64,000 nt of DNA from Vermamoeba vermiformis. Its lineage: Eukaryota. The stretch lies in the NCBI GenBank assembly GCA_045837725.1, contig JBEWZL010000043.1, positions 1 to 64,000 on the forward strand, given 5' to 3'. A program made the translations under genes and the position numbers. Below are positions 23,994 to 36,921 of this stretch, piece after piece. The notes below the pieces were generated by a model that was given only the letters and a program-made list of their open reading frames with translations, did no database searches and was not told where the DNA came from. Numbering within the stretch: position 1 is the stretch's first letter; every line of letters starts with the position of its first letter.

Positions 23994-24902
23994 CTATTTG
24001 AAGAACTTTATACCAACGTGATCCGCGCTCTGCGTACCACTAAAAACTTTAGCGACTCCCCGTCGCTCCAAAATATTAAGGGCTTTCATTAATATTCGGT
24101 TATCCAACTTGTAAAACTCTAAAGTAGGTACAAGAGTTAGCTTATGTCCACGGTAAAGTGGATGTCGCTACAAACCTTCTTTTTCAACCATTTCTCCTTC
24201 TGTTAGTTCAAATAGCGTTAAAACTGTATCGATCATGCCATTTTCTTGGACCTAATACCAACATAACGGCCATTAGATTTAGTGAATCGTACGATCGGGG
24301 TATAAAACCAATGATTGCGTACAAATCGATGTTACAGATAAAAATTTTAGTTTAAATATTAATATTATACGTACTGTTTTATGAATAATATTTGCCCACT
24401 GTTCGGGAGTCTTCCAATAAACAATGATTCTGTTCTTGGTTTGATCGAGCCATTCACCATTTCCTTTGCTGACTAAATAATCTAAGCATGATCTAATAGC
24501 GTCGGGCGCTAATCGTCCTATATTTCAAGGTTAAGGATCGGAAAACAAAATTTGGAAAATTAAGATCTCGCTTCTTTAGCTTCAAAATTTCAATTTGCTG
24601 AATATTTACTGTCGTATTGCTACTTACTATTAATTTTTGTATTTTTAAATAATGGCGTTTCTGCAGCCTCAGGTATAGACAGCTCATAGATCTTATAATG
24701 CTTTGTGTAATCAATAATAAATTGCGCCCATATTTCTAACTGCTTTTCTCGTGTATTTAGCACGGGCTGCAAGCTATAACATAACGAGGGAAATTAGCGG
24801 TGCTGCAACATATGGTATAAAAGATCCCTGAAAAACTTACGTGTAAAACGGAGGAAGGTCATATATTGCAGGAAATGTAAATGGTTGTACTTTGGTGGTC
24901 AT
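23994..24902 (-). CDS. VPS25: ESCRT-II subunit Vps25
   Basis: Five exons: FTFPAIYDLPPFYTLQP...REKQLEIW...PLFKNTKINRRL...GEWLD...VYWKTPEQWA...TVLTLFELTEG...KALNILERRG...GIKFFK*. Confidence 0.92.
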
Positions 24903-25089
24903 GGTGTTCGTTCAAGCTGCTTTTGAAGCGAGTTTGAATTTGCCCTTAAAAAAAGTTAAAATTTGACGGGCAAAAAAGAAGGAGGGTCAAATTCCAGGAA
25001 CAGCGCGGATCGCAATATCTTCGTCCATCAAACGAAATAGTACACCAATCGTATTTCATTGGTACAATATCGGTATCTACCGATTAAAT

Positions 25090-27703
25090 ATGGAGTGGGA
25101 AGATGCGTTGAAGATCCACAACGCTTTGCACAGCAAAGCCAATACTGTGACAGCGGCTAACAATACGTTTAATATTGTCCTAAGCAAAAAGAATGGCTGT
25201 AGAACGGTAAATAAGCCTAAAACTAGCAAAGATAATTAAGTTTCAAATCTGTGATCGGAAATAATGGCGCCAAAAATCTTACAAATTGGTCTATAATTAT
25301 TAAAATATGATGACTATTACATCTATATTATATTTATATTTATCAAATAGGTTAACGTTTTTGGGACGTGGTGGATGGTGCAGAACACGAAAAAGCCCAG
25401 TCAATACACTTTGCGGGCAATGAACGGCGAAAAATTAACTTGGATCATGACTAAACCTCGATGGGGTCTAATAGCGTATGTTAGGGAATCTAGATGTTCA
25501 TGATTAGTTTCAATTTATTTCAAACGACATCCGAACTGTCTCCAATAATTCTTTAGTTTAATACATTTATTATCAAAAATTATTTGTATTAATTAGGATT
25601 TGATAGCAATGGTGAATTAGAAGTTTGGTGCACGGCAATCAAAAAACCAGATCCCAAAAACGAAGATCCAGGAACAGACGCAGAAGAAAAGACAATTAAA
25701 CGAAGAAAATTGAATTCATCACAATCACAATCAACAGGGTCGGAAAAAGCTGCCTCTGAGACTTCGTCAGATCCAGTAAACAACTCCGAAGACAGCGGCA
25801 CTCGTCGCATAACACGATCCCGTTCTCGAGCTCAAAACAACACTAAAATCAAATCAGAAGGTAATTATAATATTTTAATATAATAATTTAATATAATAAT
25901 TAATACACGATACTGCGGATGTGTTTTTGCCAACCCAACTATTTTTTTGACGTTTATGCTAGATGACAACGAAGATACTATTAAAGCCGATGATATGGAC
26001 ATGAGCAACGAGCCTAGCTCAGATTTATTTAGCGACGGCGATACTGAACGTGTGGTTTATGCGCAGAAAAAGATTCAGGGATCTGGCCTGTCATCAGATT
26101 TCTCGGTCATTTCGCTCAGCAAACAAGGAAGCAATATGAGCTCTAATAATAGCAACACCAACAATACGAGCAGTAGTGATAAAAATGATATGGAGGTTGA
26201 TGAAGACGAGTCGACGATCGCGTACAATAACAACAATAATACAGCACCACAAAAGAAAGTTGACAGCAGCGATGATGTGCAAGATGAATCTACTATTGTC
26301 TATAATAACAATAATAAGCAAGCTGCAAATAATAATAATAGCAATAACAACGTACCTGAAGCCAAAAAAGAACCTCCAAAACCAGCAGCAGCCAAGAAGA
26401 AAGGTATTAACAATGCTTTATTTTTACTCGACTGAGCGTTTAATTAATTTTTATTGCCTTTTTAGGAAGCATGTATAATAAGAGCAAAGGTTCAGGCGAC
26501 ATAATTCCAGTATGGCAAATTGATTTCGACGAGCTAGTTTTGGGCGATAAATTAGGCGCTGGTGCATTTGGAGAAGTAAGTCGTTACTATATTTAGTATA
26601 TTCCTGCCGGACATACTTAATCTATTGCTATATTAGGTCCGAAAAGGTCGTTACAGAGGCACTGATGTCGCGATAAAGATCCTTCACACGCAAGACGAAG
26701 AAAACACAGCAATGTTTTTCAAAGAAGCTGAACTCATGTGCAAACTACGGCACCCTAACGTCATTCAATGTGCGTGCAGTTAATCACTTTCATTAATTTA
26801 TGAAATTTATTTTTGGTTCGAGAACCGGAATGCTGAAACAAAAATTTTTAGGTCTTGGGGCATCAGTCTCTCCGCCAAATTTATCAATAGTAATGGAATT
26901 AATGAACTCAAATTTATCGCGGCTTATTAGATCTGGACCTACTGACCATAAAGTCATGGTTAAAGTTGCGATCGGCATTGCTCGCGGCATCAACTTTTTG
27001 CACACCGCCAAACCGAAGATTATTCATCGAGATCTCAAACCAGATAATATTTTGGTAAGTATTGCCGGGCACTGTTTATTTTATCATTAAAAGCCTGACC
27101 CTTGGAATTTAGCTGGACGACAATTACGTGCCAAAAATAGCCGACTTCGGAGTGTCACGGGAAAACTTTGCAACCGAAACGATGACACGAATAGGCACAG
27201 TAAGAGACCTTTATATTACTATATACAAGAAATGCTTTATTAATGCTCTTCGCTTGGCAGCCCGCGTATTGCGCACCCGAGATCTTGAACAATATGAAGT
27301 ACAATGAGAAGGTGGATATCTTTTCGTTCGGTATGATGCTTCACTCGATGGTGACAGGAGGTCCTCCATTCAGCAAATCAGGACCGAAAGGAACTCCATT
27401 GGCTGCACTACAGGTAAGCAAAAGATGACCGGTTCTCGCCGACTAGATCCCGTGTTACGCCTTTCTATCACATTGTATTTTATGCCCGATGATTTTTCAT
27501 CATTACTAACGCTAGTTTAATAGATCATGATGAAGCTCGCTGTTCAGAAAGAACGGCCGCCGATGCCAGACACGATCGTGCCCGAGATCAAAGAGCTGAT
27601 TGAAGCGTGTTGGCAGCACGAGCCCAAAGATAGGCCGACGAGCGAAGAAATTTTGTTTAAATTGGAGAACGTGATCTATCCGAAGTACTGGCCCAGCAAA
27701 TGA
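25090..27703 (+). CDS. TKL-group protein kinase with novel N-terminal domain and low-complexity linker
   Basis: WQIDFDELVLGDKLGAGAFGEV, VAIK, LRHPNVI, HRDLKPDN, ADFG, GTPAYCAPE, DIFSFG, CWQHEPKDRP. Confidence 0.9.
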
Positions 27704-28208
27704 AGAATGAAAACTTTCACGTAGATTTGCCGTATGTAGCTCACCTCTTGTATAGAATCCAATGTAAATACTTGAATAGGACCTTACAATCGAATATTGA
27801 GTGGCAGTAACTTTGGACCGTGTTTTGGATAGTCGGATGTGGCTGTCACGCAGGGCTTTTGCGAGGTTTGTGGATATGATCCCCAAATAGCGATTGTTCA
27901 AGCTTTAACTATTTATCGTCCCTCAGAGTATATAGCTTTAAGGTTGCCAGAATCTTACTCGTGGATGAGAGCATGCATGTTTCGATCTGGTAAGAAATCA
28001 GTTTTCTTATTAAAACGTTGAGGATCCAGATAAAGTGATTCATTGCCGCGATTCTTCTGCTCGGCCAGCTCGCCTCGGCCGTGGAAAATTCGAGCCCGGC
28101 ATAAGAAATTTCGCCCCTATGATTCACACTTTATTGTCTTTACTGGGTCGCACGTTTATTCCTAAATATCTTACAGAGCTAATTAATAGTGACACCAGGA
28201 ATACAATA

Positions 28209-29999
28209 ATGTCAGATAGTAGTCGTTCGAGCGAAAATCAGATCGTGCTGCATCCGTTCGTCAATCCAGCGTTGAACAAGAAGCCAGCTTGCGTATTCTG
28301 CCACAAGAGGAAAATCAAATGCAATTCTCAATGGCCATGCGATAATTGCAGCAAACGAGGTCAAGAATGCGAATATACGGAAGTGTCAGCCGAAGAAAGA
28401 TCTAAAGTTACGAGCGTCTCGGATGTTGGCCTCAAAGCTCGACAAGCTCGTAGCAGAATTAGAATTGCAACGACAAGCTTGCGAATATTGGCAACGATTA
28501 TGCGAGCAAAAAACTCAAGCTGATGATAGCTGCATCATGCTCAGCATCACTCGAAGACCTGTTTTTTCTGGATCCGGCGCCAAATTGGTTCAAAACACGT
28601 GTGATGCAGTTGCTAAGAGTACTAGTGCATTCTACGAGCTCATGGAAGGTCTAATGCCTCATACATCAGCCTCTAAATTCTGTCCGCAGTATTCTGCTTT
28701 GATCTGGAACCGTCTGATCGACAGTTTGCCTGAAGACGCCGAGACGATCTTGCTGATAGATAAACTCATCGCTGCTAATATATTAATGCATAGCGCTATA
28801 TTCGCTGTCGGTAAGTCTCAAATCTTTTGGAATTTGAAGTTTTTTGTGTGATCAAAAAAAAGTTTACGTTGCTTTTATATGTCTGCTGATTATTCCAATA
28901 CTGAATCAATGTTTGATAATAGGTCTATGTCTAATTAATGAATTGGAACTCTCCCGACACTTCTATCGTCTTGCCATTGCGCTCTTGAATGGATTTAGCA
29001 ACTACTCCGTCTACACGGATCCCGGGCTAGTGCCTCGTGTAATGCTTTCATATATCTACTGCATGTTCTACAATATGATGAGCGCTGAGTTCTCATCGAT
29101 TCTGCCATTATGGAAAAGAGCTGCCGAGTTATTTTCCGTCGGTGAAAAGAATCTGGCTAAAGATCCCGCTGTCTTTGACGAGTAAGTCCTATGAACATTC
29201 ATCCAATAGCTGCTTATATTAATATACTATTCTATCATAGGATCGTTTGCGTCATGGTGATTATACACTCCGAACAAGCTCTTCGCAATGCGGAATACTG
29301 GATGCAGAAGTTGGAGTCCGCTATAACTTACGAGTGCAATACGGTATTGAATATACTCTCTTTATATAATCTAATCATGTCTTAATTGTTGCATTAATAG
29401 CTGCTGATGCTGATGTGGAAAAATATTGCACGTGTCACTTTGATCTTCCCAAGTTTGACGCAACTATCACCGCAGCGCACTCAATATATGAAGTAAGTTA
29501 GTATAGGCATCGCCTATAATAGCGTATATATTTTATCATTAATATTTGTGCTTACGGAACATTTTTCCAATTTAGGGAATTATGGGACTCGATCCGCTTT
29601 GAGCCTCTGTTGCAACAGCTCAGGAACGATCCAAATTATCATATGTACGTCATATGGGTTTACAGTGCCAAGGGCTTGGCTATGGTCAACACGTCGACTG
29701 AAATCGACTCCATGGAAGTCATGCACACTACGACCATTGTGGAGCAGAGCATGAAGCAGATCAACAAAGTGCAACAACTCTACTTTGTTCGCGGCTTAGA
29801 ATACTCGCATTATAGACTAGCGACTATGCAACAACAAGCTCCGGATAACTCTGCCGTCGATCTGATGATAGATCACATGGAAACGCTAATGTTGAACGAC
29901 GAGACTGGTGAGCCTTCGCCGTATAGCACTCCTAGCTCTAAAGAGTACAATATTAGCAACACTTCTTCGCCAATGAATCGATTTGATATTAGCGTCTAA
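28209..29999 (+). CDS. Zn(II)2Cys6 transcription factor, copy 1 (frameshift near 28385)
   Basis: ACVFCHKRKIKCNSQWPCDNCSKRGQECEY, then a coiled coil LASKLDKLVAELELQ in another frame; exon structure parallels copy 2. Confidence 0.85.
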
Positions 30000-30635
30000 G
30001 TGTTTTGAAATATTGGCGCGGATTGATTTTTGTATAGATGATTGTAAAATTGTAGATTGTTTACCTACGTTAATTTTATTTATGTATTGGTGCATTGTGG
30101 TATAATACGATTTTTGCTAGATTGATGTTCAAGAGAGTTTGAGTCCGGATATACCTTTGTTAGTGGATAATTTGTTGGATTTTCCATTCATATCTGCGCC
30201 AGTAGATTTTATTAGCACTTTCCATATTTAATTCCGTAAAAACAGTTGAAATTGGACTTACTGCTTTGTTTTCTTGTATTAATCCGATACTCATCCATCA
30301 ACGACTTAGTATCCATCCGGATGCACCTCACAAGCTGTACATTCTCCTAATTGTTGACAGATCTGCTCGTTGAAAATGAAAAGTTAATAATTGGTTTTGG
30401 TTCGCGGTCTAAGTCCGATTTAGAGTTGTTACCTCGTAGAAAAAGTAAGACAGCAATATTGGCCAATACCAGCTTCTCGCTCTCACGGCACCGGTGTTAA
30501 ACGTTCTTCTCTCTTCCGAAATTTCCATCGCCGAAACGAATCACAACGGTACCGTCGCCTTCGGTGTGCATAAAAGCAAAGTTTTGACCAACAAATTTAT
30601 TACTAAATCAAAGGGTATACAACACTAATACGAAA

Positions 30636-32434
30636 ATGGTCGACGAAGAAGCATTAAGAGCCTTTTACGAAGAAGCCAGCCAAGCGCAAAATGGTGGCCA
30701 AGTGAATTCTAATCCGTTCAAAAAACCTGCCTGCATCTTTTGCAAGAAGCGCAAAATTAAATGCGACTTCCAAATGCCTTGCTTCCAATGCTGCAAGAGA
30801 GGTCACGAATGCTCATACGAAGAGCCTAAGAAGAAATGGACTGCTAGCGTAAAAGCGACGCCATCTCAACTTGCCGCCAAGGTCGATCAACTCACTGCCG
30901 AGCTCGAACTTCAAAAGCATATGGCCCAATATTGGCAAAAGCAATACCAACAAAAGTCGCAAGTCAAAGACTACACGCCAGTGCCAATCCAAAACAAGCG
31001 ACCAATATTTTCTGGATCTGCCGCCGAGCTTTGCCTGAACGTCGGAGCTGCTGTGCTTAAGGTTTCCCAAGCATTTTGCGATCTTATGGGCGCAATGATG
31101 CCTTATAGCACTTCGAGCTTCAGCCCAGAACTCTCTGCGTTGTTTTGGAACAGATTGGTTACCAACTCGCCTGAAGATCTCGTAGCAACTACTAAGTGCA
31201 TGAACGCCGATTCTATTGCTCAATTGTTAATTCACAGCTCTATTTTCGCTCTCGGTAAGCCCAGTAAATCTTTTGATATTTTTCGTAAATTCAAAAAATT
31301 ATTTAAATTATTAATTAGGATCTGCATTAATCCATGAGCAACAACTTGCCAATCACTTCTACAGCACCGCAAATATTCTTCTCTCGATGACTTCGATCCG
31401 CAACGTGCGAACTACAGATGCAGACTTGGTTAATCGCGTCTTGCTATCCTTCATCTTCTGCATGTACTACCACATGATCAGCGGAACTTTCTCGTCAATT
31501 TTGCCTATGTGGCGAAGAGCTGCCGAGTTGTTCTTGTTCAACGAGCAAATTTTGAATGAAGATCGCACTTCTTGCGACGAGTAAGTCCTAAAAAATTAGT
31601 AAAATTATTATAATCAGCGATTAACGGTAGTGTTTACAGAATCGCTTGCATGATGGCACTTTTGGAGCCTGAGGAAGCCAGCAAAACTGATGTTTGGGCA
31701 AAACGACTCGAATCCGCAACTGCACGCAGCTGCTTATATGGTAATTCTATTTATATCCTAATTTTAAGTATAAATTTATTAATTTAATGCCTTAAATAGC
31801 CCATCACGAATTTATGGAAGAATATTGCTCGCGTTGCAATTGTTTTGCCTAAATTGGCTCACTTCGTGCCCGCTGATTCTCAATATCTTCAGTAAGTCCT
31901 ATACTTATTTAATATGACTTTTTAAAGCGCATGAGATCTTACGACATTCTTTTATTAATCAGGCAATTTTGGGAGGATCTTCAACTTGAATTGCTTTTGG
32001 AACAAGTGCGTGACTCTCCTCACTATAACTTCTACGGCATTTGGGTCTACAATATGAAAGGTATCTCAGCTGTTAATAGAAACATGCACGACTACGCTGG
32101 CGCTGAAATGAACCAAAGCATCCGTATCGTGGATCAACTTTCCAAGCAGATCTCGAATACATCGCAACAAATCTATATCACTAGAAGTATGGAGCATATT
32201 CACTTCTTTGTGACCAAGATGCAAGAACGGGCACCCGATAGCTGCGCCGTGGAACTGATGCTGGATCAGATCGAAGCGATGATGGCAGGCGAGGACAGCT
32301 CATCTTCCGATGACACTTCCTATTATGGCAATAACAACAATAACAATAACACGAATCAAATGTACGATATTTACCATCCGATCAGCTCGGATTATCTACC
32401 GTACGACAACTCATTAGCCTCCATGGTCATGTAA
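30636..32434 (+). CDS. Zn(II)2Cys6 transcription factor, copy 2
   Basis: ACIFCKKRKIKCDFQMPCFQCCKRGHECSY, coiled coil and helical C-terminal region; five exons. Confidence 0.9.
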
Positions 32435-32656
32435 AAAACTCCAGTGTCTACCAGATCAGGTTGACACCTCAAACAATTTTGTAATTACTTGTACTATACC
32501 TTGTTCATAAAACTCCGATTTTAAGAAACATCGTGACTATTGTCACGGATTGAAGCTTTGCAAGAATTCTGCCTTACTTTTCAGTGAACGATAGCTTGAA
32601 AGTTGTGTTTTTAAATTAATGTTTCAATTAAGTACGTACTCCATTTTATTTCTAAT

Positions 32657-35600
32657 CTACAACTCCACGTGTCCAGCATTGCCATTGATGGTAATAGTTT
32701 GACCGGTCTTGATGACTGAAGTCGCTTCTTTGACACGCAACACTGCTGGAATTTTAAATTCTCGCGCGACAACTGCTCCGTGGGATAAAATTCCGCCTGA
32801 CATAACATTAACGTCAAAAAATGTTTCACTGAACGATTGCCAAATATGGTAATAGTGTACTGTACCTTCTTCGGTGACCAATCCTGCGATTAACGAGAAC
32901 AAAGGAGTCCAACCAGGGCTCGTATGATGCGTCACTAAGATCTCGCCTGGTTGAACTTGATCCGCGTCATCAAGATCCGTGATGACTCTTGCCTTACCTA
33001 AAAAGGAAATTAGACAGATATTACCGATAAATATCCTTATTCGAAAATATACCTGTGACAGTGCCAGGAGATCCGCCCTGGCCGATTAAAGTTTTAGAAT
33101 TGGGATCTACTGTCTTTTTCTTCGTCTGCTCGGAGGATAATTCCGCGTCCGCGAGCCTCATCGGAATATTAAAGTTAATTAATGATTCACGAATGGTCTT
33201 GTTTCTGAACACGACTTGTTTTAACTGCGCCAAGTTGTTGGATCTGACAATTTCTTCGAACTCTTTTGCTCCCAAATAATAGATCTATATGAAAATATTA
33301 GTATTAGTCATATTGTTATATGAACGCTTACATCTTCATTATCTTCGAGCAAATCATTTTTGTGCCAGCGGGATCCAAGTTCGTTAATCATTTTGCATAC
33401 AAAGTAGTTTTGTCTAAATAAGGAAATTAGACCGTTATACCTAAGTTAATATGAGTATACCTTCCGTATGTGATATGAACATCTTCTTTCCAGTACAAGT
33501 AGTTTCGGAATTGAAGCAGATCCGATTCGAATTTTTGCCATCTTTTAGTAATAGCCTTATTATTCTTAAATATCTGTTTGACGCGTGCAAATTCTTCTTC
33601 GAAACTTTCTTGCTCGTTCAGTGAAAAATTGTAATCCTCGTCCTTGATTTTTTTCTTCAACTCCGATTGCAGAATTGTGAGTGCAAATGTCGGGTCATCG
33701 AGCCATCGAACGGCTTGAATATCTTCGTCCATGTCACAAAACCAAAAATGTTTCTTGAAAAAGCTCTCAAATTCACTGAAAATCGGCTTATTCTTAATTT
33801 CTGAGATGATTTTGTCCGGCGAATTGTTGAGCACCAAATCCATGTCCGATCGATCGCGTGCAATACGGCTAGCGAGAACTCGCAAATCTCGCAAAGCTTC
33901 ACCAGTACCTAAAAACTAAGTTAGACATGCCATATTTCCTTATAAGGCAACTGTTCTTTGTGCAACTTACCAGGATGGATCTGCGTTACTAATTTTTCCA
34001 TATTGATAAAGTCTGATGACCCTGAGCCTCTTAAGGAGTTATTGAATGACGCTACTTCGCTCTGAATATCATCGAGATATTTTCTAGCGACAAATCCGGT
34101 CATAAAACTATGACACGTCAACTCGGATCTGTCAGCCCAGATAGCTATTAATAACTGTGCCAGTTGATCGTCGCTTATCGTGTTAAGTGACGCCATAAGC
34201 CTCCATAATAAGGGCTCCATCTTGTCTCTATAATGATCGGTGTATCTTTTTGTCACATCGGCAAAGACTTGGTACAAACTCAGCGCATAACTGGATTCTT
34301 GATCCCGGTACGTTTTACTATAAAAGGAAATATCATATTAGCCATTGAAAAAATGATGAAGCCGTAGGCTATTCTGTGACTTACGAGTGCATATTGGAAT
34401 CAATGTAGGCTAGGCCGTACTTGATCCTCACCAAAGTGTCATCTGGAGCTTGCTCTTTCGTCAACTTGTTCATTATGCGCATGAATAAGGCGTAACCAGC
34501 AACACTTGTAAGAGACATGGCTAGCCAAGATTTGAACGTGAAGCCTATATTTAAGCATAAAACATCATTAGTAAGAATGAATGGAGTTGTCAAAGTAGTG
34601 CCTATGACGCGTACCTGAGACCCATTCACCTTTAATGGCGCAATGAAATTTCGTGACAGGACGTGTCTGTGTCATATACAGGTTGTCTTTATCATCAATA
34701 GCCCACTCAACATCTTGTGGATGTCCGTAGTGTCGGGCTAAAGTGACGCCCATCTCGCGGATCAGATCGAACTCTTTTAACGGATCACTAGAATCCTTAT
34801 TATCAACTATCTTGACGCCATTTTCCGTGCACACCTAAACACGCCTATTAAGTAACATAAAACCAACGATAAATCGAACGTACGTATTTTTTCTTCTGGT
34901 TCGCATCAGCAGTTCGCGTGCATTGGCCCGTGACCCAATTAAGAGTATAACAACTTGGACTAATCTCTCCAGATACTAGGCCCTCTCCTAAACCATGAAC
35001 AGCCTCCAAATAGAATTCTTCTTCATCGCCTAATATGGAAATGTCAATAAAAGTCACCACTTTGCACGGGTCAATTCGATTACCGTTCGAAGGATTAATA
35101 GTGAATAAAACTCCGCTAGCTTTTGATTGGACCATTTGCTGGATGACCACTGCCATTTTAGGCAATGTTTTCTTCCCAGATCGAACGAGAAATGAAGTCA
35201 TTGTCATCTGCCACATTGATTTCCAGCAGTTTTTGATCTGCTTAACTACCTCATCAACCTAAAAAAGAAAGCATTAGTATCACTTTCCTTATAAGGCAAT
35301 GGTACGTACTTTAGCAGGCACGTGCAAGAAACTGCTGCAAAGACCGGCCAATGAAAAATCAGCAGCGTCTTCAATCGTTGCAGAACTTCGCACAGCAACC
35401 GTTGAATTCGGTGGCAAACTGTTTAAAAATGCTTCTATTTTAGGCTTCAATTCAGGATTGAATTCTTCTTGATCGATCTTCTCGTATAATTGTTTGATTT
35501 TGGCTTCAGCCGTGGATTTGTTCATTATTCCGGTGCTGTTGGCTATTATCTCCCTCATTAATGATTCAAATTTATCCAAATGCTTTGAATATGCTGCTGT

Positions 35601-35966
35601 AGTTAAACAAGCGCCATTTGGAACTGAAAAGGCTCCGTTGCCATTTAAAGCGCAATAAACTTCAGCTAATCTGAGACCTTTGCCGCCAACTTGAAGAGTT
35701 CCATAATTGAGCTTAAATATCTCTTCAAATGTAACGAAGGGTAGTATATTTTTATCGTCTAATAGATCTTCTTTGCTCGTGGTGCTCTTTTTTTTCTTGA
35801 GCTGTTTCGCAGGATCGTTAACATTGAACTCTAAAAAGTCCAGTACTTTAATCTCCTTATTTTCTAAATTCAATTTCTCCAACGCTGGAATGCAGCATTT
35901 GTTAAATAAGTGCGTCTTCTCGGCGTCGACAAATTGGAGCGGATTTGATGAATCCGTGTTTCCCAT
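32657..35966 (-). CDS. PEP-synthase-family enzyme with rifampin phosphotransferase / PigC-like domain order (ATP-grasp, middle domain, C-terminal phospho-His swivel)
   Basis: VGGKG, VAVRSSATIEDAADFSLAG, MAVVIQQMV...SGVLFT, GLGEGLVSG, PQDVEWA...QTRPVT; C-terminal GSPGTVTGKARVI...GEILVT...PGWTPLF...EEG|GILSHGAVVAREFKIPAV. Confidence 0.85.
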
Positions 35967-36921
35967 TGCTGAACTGAAATAAATTCACGTTAAATTATCA
36001 TTTATATTAACTAATTTTTCGATGATAAACAATTATAGGTCTTTAATAAAAATTGAATTCTAAATTTCGATTCGATCTCAACGATAATGACTTACGATTA
36101 AATACTTATTAATGCCAAAGGACGAAGCGATATAAAATAGGTAACGTGAGGTTGTTGATGTTGCAGCACGATTGAAATTAATAGTAAGAAGCAAATGTTA
36201 AATTTAGCTGTCCTTTTTTTCAAATAAAATCTCCGTCAGCTTCTGTTGACCCCTTACGCTCTACTCATTCGCCAATAATACCACACACCGTAATTTATTA
36301 TATTATTTCGTTGAATGGTTGGAGAACCAAAGTATTGTTCATAACTGGTTATTGTTGGCCGCGTACCAGTCACGCTGGACCCATCCTGAACCCAATCGTG
36401 AATTATAATAAGGATATCTTAATACACGCTCGTGCTATCTTCCTTGAGGATACCTGTTAGCATCTCTATAAGCCTCTGGTAAGCTTCCAATGAATTGATC
36501 GGCGTAATTAATTTTAAAACCGCCTCCAATAATTCAAAACAGGAATATTTGCACGTGCAATTAGCTTAATATCGTATGTGACTAATATTCAAATGATAGT
36601 AATATTTTTTTGCTATCTTTAATCTCATTTTTGAACCAATCTTCAAATCTGGACTTGTTACCGCCAGAAAATGAACTCGTTCAAAATTACACCCACTAAT
36701 TAGAATACTTACATTTGACTTCTTTGAGAACAATATTATTATGATACAAAGCTCGACTTGAGCTTCCCTTTTCGCTTTTGTAACGGTAAAAAAAATCACT
36801 TTGTGACACGCACGAGTTTTCTCGACGACTTCGCTGTTGCCTTTGCAGCACGACACAAGGCATTGCACCTACGGAGACAACACCACAAGTGAACATCTTA
36901 CACGACATAGACTACTGCACT

